DNA from: Leucoraja erinacea
Lineage: Eukaryota
Assembly: GCF_028641065.1 (NCBI RefSeq)
Contig: NC_073394.1
Span: 41,478,001 to 41,542,000 of the forward strand
Direction: 5' to 3'
Length of the DNA stretch: 64,000 bases
The position numbers were made by a program, and so were the translations under genes. Positions 1 to 11,182 of this stretch are shown piece by piece; within the stretch, counting starts at the first letter, position 1; every line of letters starts with the position of its first letter. The notes beneath the pieces are model-generated. The model worked only from the letters and a program-made list of their open reading frames with translations. It was not told the DNA's origin and made no database searches.

Positions 1-961
1 CAACAAAAAATAACAAAAACTACATAAAAACATAGACAAAAATAATAAAAACGCGGACGGGCTGCAGAGGCCGCTGCTGACGTGAGTCGCGCCGCCTACC
101 GGATCTCAAAGGGAAAAGCTCACCGCTCTCAAAGGGAAAAGCTTGTCCACATCAACTCTGTCTATCCCTCTCATCATTTTAAAGACCTCTATCAAGTCCC
201 CCCTTAACCTTCTGCGCTCCAGAGAATAAAGACCCAACTTACTCAACCTATCTCTGTAACTTAGTTGTTGACTTAGTAACTTAGCTCTTCATGCGGAGTC
301 GATGGAGCTGGGTTTAACGGGTCCGAGCCGTGCGGGGCAGAACGGGTCCCAGTGGGGCTGAGCGGGGCCCAGTGGGGCTGAGCGGGGCCCAACGCAGCCG
401 AGCTGGGCCGAGCGGGATGGGGAAGGGGGTAGAGAGGGAGAGGTGGGTAGAGAGGGAGAGGGGCAGAGATGGAGGGGGTTAGAGAGAGGAGACCGGCCTA
501 GAATGCTTAAGTCCCCCTCGGAGTGACCCATCCTGCCTTGCGAGTTGATTGTGGCGTCAGTCAGATTTTTTTCTTCAAAATGAGAGCTTAGAAAACTTTA
601 ATATTTTGAAGCTGTTTTTAAAAGGTTAGAAACGTGTGAAATATAGGTTAAAATGCGGCAGGATGATATCCGATCCACGGAAAAATGTGAGTAGCATGTG
701 TGAAAATGGGGAGGCTGTGGCCTAGCGTTTGGAAGAAAGCTGACACGACCCTGTCCTACACTGGCACGAGAACAAAAGGAAGAGTTTTAGTTAAATACTA
801 GACTAAGTGGGACGCGTTAGTCCCATTTTCATATGGGAGGCCTGGTCCCCCAATGTTCCACCACTCACGCATAGCCCCCAACTGCGCAGGTGCGGCTGAC
901 GGGTTCCCGTTGTGATGCCCCTGATCCCCCCCCCTCACCCCCCTCCCCCCATTCCGCCCCT

Positions 962-1003
<42 letters not shown>

Positions 1004-1044
1004 CATTCACTCCCATCCATCCCCCCTCAACCACCCCCCCCCCC

Positions 1045-1575
1045 CCACCTCAGCACCGGGCTTGATGTTTCTACACTGCAGATTCCCACTCCCCCGGGTT
1101 TGACTGCGCTGGGTCCTAGTGCCAGTCCCCCCCAACCCTGGTAACCTCAGTGGCTGTTCCACTGGGTCTTCCCCATTCCCCTCAAACCATGTGACCCCAG
1201 CTCTTCCCCACCCATACTACAGTCTTCATACCCCCCTCCTCCCTGACCAACCACCACCCCCCCTACCAGACAACGCCTCGGCCTCAGTCCACACACCTGC
1301 CTTCGTCCGGCCCCAACCCCCATCCCTGCCGTGTGTTCACCATCCCCCCTGACCTCCCCCTCTCAGATACCGAAAGGTCAGTCCTCAGCGGAGGCCTCAC
1401 CTTTGTCCCCCTCCATCCCAACCCCAATGAGTTCCGCGCCCGCCACAATTTGGAGCTCTTCTTCCATCGCCTCCGCCTCACACCATTCTTCCATGGGAAG
1501 GAGTCCTCGCCCCCATTGATGATCCCTTTGCCCATCTCCAATGGACCCTCTCCTCTTGGACCCCCCCATGGCCAT
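1045..1575 (+). mobile_element. Penelope-like 5' ORF fragment
   Basis: FTIPPDLPLSDTERSVLSGGLTFVP; homologous to 62250-62770 on the minus strand. Confidence 0.8.
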
Positions 1576-2030
1576 TGGTACAGTGAAATCTGGGGGTCAT
1601 CATCCGACGTCAGAACGGGAGAACAGTCTCAGCGGCTTGGACTTCCGAATCGGCCACTTCCTACCGGAGACCCACAGGCTGAGCTGGGTGGAGATTCACG
1701 CTGGCGGCCCTCGGCAAAGGGATCCCAGGACTACGCAATGTTGAAATCAGCGCGGCCTGAGGCTGGGAGCTCCGCAAACCACAGTTCCATGATGTTGAAG
1801 CAGCAGGCCCAACACTCCAAACGGCAATCCACGTAAGGCATCGCCCGCTCCGCAGTGAATCCAATAACCATTAAAACCAACTGTTTAATGACAACATACA
1901 GTAGGATCTAAAAGTGTCACACTGTCACTGTCGGGTAGTCATGGTCCTCTAGTCGTGGGGGTGGGGGATTGGGAGGGGGGCCCCTCACAAGTGAAATAGC
2001 TTAGGGCCTCTATATCTAAATCCGGCCCTG
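1575..2030. mobile_element. Partial copy (one end) of the same hAT-like element
   Basis: Reverse-complement similarity to 60536-60910; ends in TAAATCCGGCCCTG. Confidence 0.7.
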
Positions 2031-2534
2031 GAGGGGAGCGATGCGGGGACCAGTGGAAGGAACATGCTACAGCTGGGGATAGCCAGCTTCTGGTGGGGAC
2101 CGGTGGGGGGGGGGAGCGTCCTGCTGCCGGTGGAGGGGGATGGCTTCAAGTGGGGCTACCAGGACCGGGTAATGGGGGGTATAAAATATATTTTTAATAA
2201 AAACATGGTTGGTATATCCTTTTTTGCGGAGTTTTGTGTTACAATAGAGCGACTGATTTTCCTTTTTTCCTTTTTTTTCCTTTCTTTCTAGGGTCTTAAT
2301 TATTTTCTTTGCTTCCTTCTCTAATTCCTTCCCTAAGGGGTTCTTTTCTCCCAACACTTTCCTGCACCTTCACGATTCTTGCTTACTTTTCTTACTTCTT
2401 TTATTTCTTTCTCTTTTAAAGCTCAAAAATTGAAGTGGTACAACATAATGTAATAAGATATATATATGCGATGTATTAATGTGATTTACTGTACTGCTAA
2501 TAAAAATAAAATTAAAAAAAAAAAAAAAAAAAAA

Positions 2535-3316
2535 AAGTGGGGCCAGCATGGAGCTTCCTGCAGCCGGGGGTGCGAGAAGGCTCCAGGCGGGGGCGGCCGG
2601 GAGAGTTCTGCAGCCAGGGTAATGCCGGCTTCAGACGGGCCTGTCGTTGGCGTTCCCAACGGCTTCAGGCGGAGACCGGTGGGGAGCATTGTGCAGCTTC
2701 AGATGGGGACGGCTTCAGGCGGGGGTTGGCGGGAGCGTCCTGTTGCCGGGGGAGGTGGACGGTTTCAGGTAGGGGCCAGCGGGAGACACGCTGGAGGCAG
2801 GAAACATGTTCCCGATGTTGGGGGAGTCCAGAACCAGGGGCCACAATTTAAGATTAAGGAGTAAGCCATTTAGAACGGAGATGAGGAAACACTTTTTCTC
2901 ACAGAGAGTGGGGAGTCTGGAATTCTCTGCCTCAGAGGACGGTGGAGGCAGGTTCTCTGGAAGCTTTCAAGAGAGAGCTAGATAGGGCTCTTATAGATAG
3001 CAGAGCCAGGGGATATGGGGAGGGCAGAAACGGGGTACTGATTGGGGATGATCAGCCATGATCACATTGAATGGCGGTGCTGGCTCGAAGGGCCGAATGG
3101 CCTACTCGTGCACCTATTGTCTATTGAGTGTCCTGTAGCCGGGGTGGAGACGGCTTCAGGTGGGGACCGGGGGGGGGTGGGGGGGGGGGGGGGGGGGGTT
3201 GGTGAGAGGTTGAGCGTCCTGCAGCTGGGGGAGGGGGAACGGCTTCAGGCAGGGTGGGGGGGAAGCAGCCGGGATTGGGGACTTTCTGGAGGGCTGGTAC
3301 AGGTTTTGTAGGGCCA

Positions 3317-3363
<47 letters not shown>

Positions 3364-4140
3364 GGGGTGAGGGGGTGCATCCTGCAGCAGGGGATGGAGA
3401 CGGTTTCAGACAGGGGCCCGGCGAGAGCGTTCTGTAGCTGGGGACAGTGACGGCTTCAGGCAGGGTGGGGGTGTGTCGTGTTCTGTAGCCCCGAGAGGGG
3501 GGTAACTTCAGGCGGGGGGGGGGGGTGGCGGTGGGAGGGAAGTGTCCTGCAGCTGGGGAAGGGGGGGAATGCTTCAGGCAGGGCCCGGCGAGGAACTTCC
3601 TACAGATGGGAGGGAAGTGTCCTGCAGCTGGGGAAGGCTACCGGCGGGGGCCAGCTACCGGCGGGGGCCAGCTAACGGCGGGGGGGGCCAGCTGCAGCGT
3701 TCTGTAACCCGGGGGACGGAGACGGCTTCACATGGGGGGGGGGGGGGGGAGGGGCGGAGCATCCTATAGCCAGAAAGGGACGGCTTCAAGCGGGTGCTGT
3801 TGGGTGCCAGTTGGGAGGGGGGGAAGGCTTCAGGCGGGGGCAGCTGGAGCGGGGTGGGGAGCTTCCTGCAGCTGGGCAATGGACGGCTTAAAGTGGGGGC
3901 CAGTGGGGGGGGAGGAGCGTCTGCAGCTGGGGACGGGGACGCCTTCAGGTGGGGGCCGGCAGGAGGGGGGACTTTCTGGAGGGCTAGTAGTGTTGTGGGC
4001 CAAAGGGACTGCATTCCATGGGGTTAGTATGGACATTGTGGGCCAAGGGGACATTTCTTGGACTAGTGCAAGTGTTGTGTGCCGAATGGACTGCAGCTGG
4101 GAACAGGACGGCTTCAGGCGGGGGTCGGTGGGAGCGTTCA
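2535..4140. repeat. GC-rich degenerate tandem repeat (tcctgcagctggg...gacggcttcagg), interrupted by a CR1 tail at ~2780-3130
   Basis: Recurring motif with poly-G runs. Confidence 0.7.
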
Positions 4141-4659
4141 ACTTTCATTCCGCTCCTTCAGCTTTACTCTCCTCGCCGCCGATGATGATTGACAGTGGGT
4201 GCCGGAAGGGGCGTCGCGGTCCTAGCGAATGACAGAGGAGAAGAACAAAAACCTTCATAACCTTTGTAATATTCCACCATTTGAAACAAAACTTGGTGCG
4301 CTAGCAACACAGGAGAATGGTGAGTAAGGTGGAGGGAAATCGTAGCGCCATCGGGTACCAATTTTGCACAAATGTAAAAACAACTCAAACCGGAAAAGGA
4401 CAAGATGAGAGTTTTAGTTGTATACTAGACTAAGTGGGACCAGCTTCACATGGGAGGGCTGGTCCCCCAACACAATATACCACCTCTCCATCAATTCACA
4501 CACACACACACATGCATTCACACACACATACACACACACACATACACACACAAATACACACACACATACACACACACACCATATATATGACAGTAAACTT
4601 TCTTGAATCTATTCACACGGCTGAGTGCGGCCTCTCCACTGTGGGGCTTCCACAGTCAG

Positions 4660-4760
4660 CCGCACTTCCGCAATCAACGCGACCTCTGCACTCACCGGAA
4701 ATTACGCAATCAGTGCGACGTGTCCACTAAGCGGAAGTCACAAAATGAGCGGGACTTGTG
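4660..4760. promoter_or_regulatory. Possible CpG-rich promoter (ETS motifs, C/EBP-like TTACGCAAT)
   Basis: CACTTCCG, CCGGAAAT and GCGGAAGT clustered. A minus-strand donor-like GGTGAGT lies at ~4690-4696. Confidence 0.35.
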
Positions 4761-4769
4761 GATTGAACT

Positions 4770-4935
4770 CAGTCGGACCTAATAAAGCAGTTCTTCCTTC
4801 CAAACACAGTCAGACCTAATAAAGCATTTATTCCTTCCAAACACAGTTGGACCTAATAAAGTATTTATTCTTTCCAAACACAGTCGAACCTATTAAAGCA
4901 TTTATTCTTTCCAAACACAGTCAGGCCTAATAAAA
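4770..4935. repeat. 37-bp tandem repeat, ~4.5 copies
   Basis: Units start at 4770, 4807, 4844, 4881 and 4918. Confidence 0.9.
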
Positions 4936-5835
4936 CATTGCAGTTTCAAGCACAGGCAGGGCAGCAGGCCAAACAACTCATGGCATTGTCATTTCATTTC
5001 ATTTCATTTCCAATTAAGCATCGCACTTCCAATCTTTCCTCATATGACAGTCCCGCCATCCCGGGGATTAACCTCGTGAACCTACGTTGCACTCCCTGAA
5101 TAGCAAGGATGTCCTTCCTCGATTTCGGAGACCAAAACAGCACACAATACTCCAAATGTGGTCTCACCAGGGCCCTGTACAATAGTAGAAGGACCTCTTC
5201 ACTCCTATACATCAGATTGTCTAATGTTGGCTAAAAAAAACTTTCATCTCGCCTGCCCTTCATTATCTCTCTACAGTAAAGTTTGAAATGTTGATCAGAT
5301 CTTATCAGTAGAGGATTCAAAGTTCGACAACTTGAGCAGAGTTCTCGTTCCACTGCCCTGAACATGAGATAAAACACCACTTTCAGCATACACAGGCTCC
5401 ATTTCACCTTCATTCTTTTCCAGCTGAGTCCCAGTTTATATTCTTTCCCATGAAGAAATATATTTTCCACAATCATCCCATCAACTTCCCTCAAGATTTA
5501 ATTTGTTTCAATCAGTCTGCTCTCATTATAGTAAACAACAGCAGAAATAAGCTTATGCACCTTCCTTACCCCAACATCTTTTCCTGAAAATGTTCAGTAT
5601 AAGTTACTCAAAATTCTAGCAGTTTCTTGCATCTTCTTAACCAAATAACCAATACTGTAAAGGTCTTCAGATATGGTCTCATTTAGCTAAAATATAACTT
5701 CCATCAACAGTCATATAGCGTGGAAACAAGCCCATTGACTCAACGTGTCCACATCCACACCAACCAATATACCCCATCGAAACTTGTACCATCTGCATGA
5801 ATATGGCCCTTATTTCTCTAAACCTATCCTATCCT

Positions 5836-6772
5836 AGCAAAGAGTAGGAGTAAACGGGTCCTTTTCACAATGGCCGGCAGTGACTAGTGGGGTACCCCAA
5901 GGCTCAGTACTGGGACCCCAGCTATTTACAATATATATTAATGATCTGGATGAGGGAATTGAAGGCAATATCTCCAAGTTTGCGGATGACACTAAGCTGG
6001 GGGGCAGTGTTAGCTGTGAGGAGGATGCTAGGAGACCGCAAGGTGACTTGGATAGGCTGGGGTGAGTGGGCAAATGTTTGGCAGTGGTATAATGTGGAAT
6101 GAGTTATCCATTTTGGTCAAAAACAGCAGAAGTGCCGTGGGAAAAGGGGGGAGCAGCGAGACCTGGGTGTCATGGTACACCAGTGTAGGTCATGCAGGTT
6201 AAAGAAAGCGAAATGTTAGCTTTCATTGCAAAAGGATTGAGTATAGGAGCAGGGAGGTTCTATGCAGTTGAGGGTCTTGGTGAGACCACACCTGGAGTAT
6301 TGCGTACAGTTTTGGTCTCCAAATCTGAGGAAGGACATTATTGCCATAGAGGGAGTGCAGAGACGGTTCACCAGACTGATTCCTGGGATGTCAGGACTGT
6401 GTTATGAAGAAAGACTGGATAGGCTTGGTTTATACTCTCTAGAATTTAGAAGATTGAGACAATCCAGGACAAGGGGTCACAGCTTAAGGATAAGGGGCAA
6501 ATCCTTTAAAACCGAGATGAGAAGAACTTTTTTCACACAGAGAGTGGTGAATCTCTGGAACTCTGCCACAGAGGGTAGAGGCCAGTTCATTGGCTATATT
6601 TAAGAGGGAGTTAGATGTGGCCCTTGTGGCTAAGGGGATCAGGGGGTATGGAGAGAGAAGGCAGGTACGGGATACTGAGTTGGATGATCAGCCATGATCA
6701 TATTGAATGGCGGTGCAGGCTCGAAGGGCCGAATGGCCTACTCCTGCACCTAATTTCTATGTTTCTATGTTT
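5836..6772 (+). mobile_element. CR1 LINE 3' part, degenerate
   Basis: [14 protein letters not shown] and RPHLEYC motifs; (tttctatg)n tail. Confidence 0.9.
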
Positions 6773-8414
6773 CCTATCCATGTACCTGTCTAAATGTTTC
6801 TGAAACATTGTGATAGTAACTGCCTAAACTACCCCCACCGGCAGCTTACTCCTTACACCCACCACACTTTGAGTAAAAAAATTATCCCATAGGATCCTAT
6901 TAAATCTTTCCCCTCTCACCTTAAACCTATGTGTAATATGAAAAAGTGACACAAAGTGCTGAAGTGACTCAACGGCTCAGGCAGCATCTCTGGAGAACAT
7001 GGATAGGTGACATTTTGGGTTAGGACCCTTCTTCAGACTAATTGTAGAATCTGACTGATTCTGTCCTGATATCAGATGCTGTCTGTGTGGAGATTTTAGA
7101 CTGAAGAAGGGTCCTGACTGAAACCTTGGGGTGGAAACAAAGCCTGGTAAGGCCCACAACAGCATGGATATAGGAAGGGGAATTAATATGGTTCGCTTAC
7201 TTAGCCCCAGTTCCCGCTCTGCAACCCTGAAACATCGCTTGCCCATTTCCCTCTACGCTGACCCTCTGAGTTCCTCCAGTAATTTGTGTTTTGCTCAAGA
7301 TTGTGGCATCTGCATTTCCTGTCGTCCTTTAAATTTACCGTCCTCACTGAAATCGCCGCAGTATTACTGTGTGGCATCAAGGCATGTGGTGGGGAGGGGA
7401 GGGAGGTGCGAAGAGATAAAGATGTGGGAGAGGGGGAGACAGGGATGTGGAGGGGGAGAGAAAGACAGAGTGACTGAGAGCTGATAGGAAAGAGTGTGGG
7501 AATGAGGGAGGGAGGTGGGAGAGTGCAGGACACAATGCAAGAAGGGAACTGAAGGGAAGTTGTTGTGATATTTACGATTCTACTCCTTTTATGCATTGGA
7601 AGGGTTTAGGGAACCGTATAACCATTGACGATAGGCATTGTTCTGAGCCAGTCTGTTAATGGTGCAGCCCCTCAGCTGTACACAAATCACCCCTAACCTC
7701 ACCTATACACAAATCACCAGGGGTGCCGAAAGATTGGCAGCCCCGCCAACAGTCTGTCCATTTTTTTGTCTTTTTTAAATTTTTTAGTATGTGTTAAAAG
7801 TGTGTGTAAATGTTCTCCGGTTTGTTTTATGTGGGGGGAGGGGGTTGGGGGAAACTTTTTTTTCAGTTTCTTACCTTGCCGGAGATGCAATTTTTTTCCG
7901 GGTTGCATCTCTGGTCGCTCCGCAGCCGATCATCAATGGAGCTGGAGAACTCCTTGGATTGACTTTGAGCCCCACAGCGGGGCATGGACTTAACATCGGA
8001 GCCGATCTTTTGCCTGGGATGGCTCCAACCACGGGAGAGGCTAGTCGGGAGCTCCAACGACGCAGAGGCTCGACCATCCCCAACACGGTGTTCGATCGCC
8101 CGGCGCGGGGGAGCTGACATCCCCCCCGATGCAGGAGCTCATCGCCCCGTGTAGAGGGCCAAAATACCACCAGCTACGGGAGTCAAGATAATCCCGTCAA
8201 CGGAGGGCTCAAGGACACCGACCACGGAGAGCAAAGAAGAGAGAGATTTGAACTTTTTAACGCCTTCCATCACAGTAAGGAAAGTAGAGGAGTCACCGTG
8301 GTGGATGTTTATGTTAAAATGTATTTTGTGTGTTCCGTTGCTTTGTATTTGTATGACTGACTTGGCAAACAAAATTCCTCGTATGTTGCAAAACATACTT
8401 GGCTAATAAAGTAT

Positions 8415-9019
8415 AGAAGCTGGGATGTAATGTTAAAATTGTACAAGGCATTGGTGAGACCAAATCTGGAGTATGGTGTACAATTTTGGTCGCCAAATTA
8501 TAGGAAGGATGTCAACAAAATAGAGAGAGTACAGAGGAGATTTACTAGAATGTTGCCTGGGTTTCAACAACTAAGTTACAGAGATAGGTTGAATAAGTTA
8601 GGTCTTTATTCTCTGGAGCGCAGAAGGTTAAGGGGGGACCTGATAGAGGTCTTTAAAATGATGAGAGGGATAGACAGAGTTGATGTGGACAAGCTTTTCC
8701 CTTTGAGAATAGGGAAGATTCAAACAAGAGGACATGACTTCAGAATTAAGGGACAGAAGTTTAGGGGTAATATGAGGGGGAACTTCTTTACGCAGAGAGT
8801 GGTGGCGGTGTGGAATGAGCTCCCAGTGGAAGTGGTGGAGGCAGGTTCATTGGTATCATTTAAAAATAAATTGGATAGGCATATGGATGAGAAGGGAATG
8901 GAGGGTTATGGTACGAGTGCAGGCAGGTGGGACTAAGGGGAAACAAAATTTGTTCGGCATGGACTTGTAGGGCCGAGATGGCCTGTTTCCGTGCTGTAAT
9001 TGTTATATGGTTATATGGT
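8415..9019 (+). mobile_element. Young 5'-truncated CR1 inserted into another repeat
   Basis: Intact C-terminal ORF 8430-8936, (ttatatgg)n tail, flanking duplication taataaagtat. Confidence 0.9.
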
Positions 9020-9391
9020 TAATAAAGTATTATTGTGATTGTGACCTCAGCTGTACACCAATCACCCCCAAACCTCACCTTTACACCAATCACCCCCTAA
9101 CCTCACCTGCAAATGCCTATCATCACCTTCCTCACCTGTATCTACCTGTCACTTGCCAAATTCAGTCTTGTCCCTACCGCTATTTCCCACCCTTTTCTGC
9201 CCCACCCCCCGCCCCCCACACCATCTCCACTCAGTCCAAAGAAGGGTCATGTTAGGTGCGGACACTGTGGGCCGAAGGGCCTGTTCCTCTATGGAGACAC
9301 AAGGAACTGCAGATGCTGGAATCTTGAACAAAACACAAAGTGCTGGGGCCACTCAGCAGGTCAGTCAGCATCTGTGGAGGGAATGCACTGG

Positions 9392-9830
9392 TCTTCTTCT
9401 TCTTCGAGTCTGTTGCAATCTCAGATGTCGTTCTGCCAGTATCTGGTGCAGGTCACAGCTGGTCGGGTCGGTTCAGCCCAGCCAGGTCCTGGGGGCTGCA
9501 CTGGGGGACATCGTCACACTCCAGTAGGTGGGACATTGTCTGTACTGCTCCACAGCTGCATGTGTCTTCTGCCTGGTAGTTCCATGCTTTCATAAGTGCT
9601 TTGCACCTCCCCTGCTCCACTCGTAATCTGTTGAGGGTCTTCCAGGTTGGCCATGGGAGGTCGTGCCCGCTGGCGAGGCATTCAGTCGGAGCGATTCCTC
9701 TCTCCATCCAGTCGTGGGCTCGTGTGTTGAGCTGGTTCCATTCATCTTTCCAGATGTTGGTCCTTGCTGTTTCTTTGGTTGTCTGGAGAGGTGGGACTGT
9801 CTGCAAGAAACTGGCACTGGTGACATTTGA
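9392..9830 (-). mobile_element. Non-LTR retrotransposon 3' end with zinc knuckle
   Basis: CSCGAVQTMSHLLEC motif; (aga)n tail. Confidence 0.65.
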
Positions 9831-10942
9831 TTAAAGTCTGAAGAAGGGTCCCAACTCAAAATGCTGAGTTTCTCCAGCTTTTTTGTGTACCTTCGATTTT
9901 CCAGCATCTGCAGTTCCTTCTTATACTCCCAACTCAAAATGTTGTCTCTCCATTCCCTCAACAGATGCTGCATGACACGTTGAGTTTCCCTTGCACTTTG
10001 TGTTTCTTTGTGTTCTTGTGTTGTGTTCTCTATTAAGAATTATATGTATTATTATAAATAAAATCTTTGAAATTAAAAATCCCCTCCATAGATGATTCCT
10101 GATGCACTCCAGTGCTTTGTGTTTTGCAGTACTGTTCAATTAAGAGTTTTATATACATATTTTATCATGACTAAAGTTTAATTTTGACATAAAACACATT
10201 CCCACAACAGATGCTGCCTGACCCCAGTTACTCCAGCACCCTGTTTGTTGATGACGAGGATACTTTATTCACTTGTACCCAGCTAGGTACAGTGAAAATC
10301 TTTGTTTTTGCATAAAAAGTAAAGAAAAGAGTCACCACAAAGACACCGACAATGTTACAAAAAGTACTTATCCCTTGGTATTTCGCTCCCTGGAGCGAGA
10401 AGTACTAGTCTCCCCTGGAGCTCCATCCACAGCCCGACCTGGAGCTCCATCCACGGCCAGGTTGTCCGAGGCTCCGACCTCATCCTCGGGGTTACGATTC
10501 AACACTGAAGACTTCGACCCGGCACCGCGCCGGCATCTCCCTACAGGGCCGGCGACGCCCAGCTCGAGTCTGTACTCTATGTATTTATTTTATATATTTA
10601 TTTATTATAGATACAGTTTGTTTTCACAATAAAACCAATCCCCTCCACAGTTGTTGCCTGACCCACCTCGTTACTCCAGCACGTTTCCCTTTGCTGGACT
10701 GGCCTATGTGCTATTAAGCATCTTCATTTGCGGATGACACAAAGCTGGGAGGCAGAGTGTGCACCAGTGTGTGTGTCTCTGCCCGGGAGAGCTGTGTGTG
10801 TGCGTCACTCTGTGTCGGACAGAACAGTGTATGTGTGAACGCGGTTGCCCATCGCCTGTGGAGCCGGTGCGGACACAGACGAGCTCTCCCCGCCCGCCTG
10901 CCACGCCAGCGCAGAGTCAATGTACGAACGAGCGAGACTTTC

Positions 10943-10958
10943 AAGTGAAAGTGAAAGT
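10943..10958 (+). promoter_or_regulatory. Tandem IRF-E/ISRE (AAGTGAAAGTGAAAGT) in the promoter of the B7-H6-like gene
   Basis: Matches the IRF1/2 consensus GAAAGTGAAAGT, ~150 bp upstream of the ATG in a CpG-rich region. Confidence 0.7.
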
Positions 10959-11106
10959 AAAGAGCGCGGAGGTTTGGGCGGTGTCGGGGCACCAGGGTGT
11001 CGGGGCGGCGGGTGTCGGGGCTCAGGGTGCTGGGCACCAGGGTGTCGGGGCTCAGGGCGGCGGGTGTCGGGGCACCAGAGCGGTGTCGGGGCGAAGCGAG
11101 GCGGCC

Positions 11107-11182
11107 ATGCCGTGCAGTGGCGACTTGTGGCCGGCCCTGTTCCCGGGACTCATCGCTATGCTCGCCCTGCTCGGGGCAGCAG
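11107..11182 (+). CDS. Exon 1: signal peptide [25 protein letters not shown]
   Basis: gccATG start context in a GC/CpG-rich region, hydrophobic leader, phase-1 donor G|gtaagg. Confidence 0.85.

Larger units (their letters stand above)
798..4424 (-). mobile_element. Non-autonomous Helitron-like unit with nested insertions, in a tandem arrangement
   Basis: CTAG at 798-801 with hairpin tgggac...gtccca (808-825) gives the minus-strand 3' end. 4230-4424 resembles 40090-40290. The same junction recurs at 4425. Confidence 0.6.

Noticed and set aside
890-1144. Poly-proline and poly-glycine ORFs (also ~3156, 35140, 44560)
   Set aside because: Homopolymer C/G runs of low complexity, possibly with unreliable length.
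4770-4935. 37-bp repeats of CRISPR-like length
   Set aside because: Directly tandem with no spacers, and the context is eukaryotic.
5231-5700. Minus-strand 87-aa ORF in apparently unique DNA
   Set aside because: Reads as a highly decayed CR1 3' end (LIETN*ILREVDG, similar to [12 protein letters not shown]).
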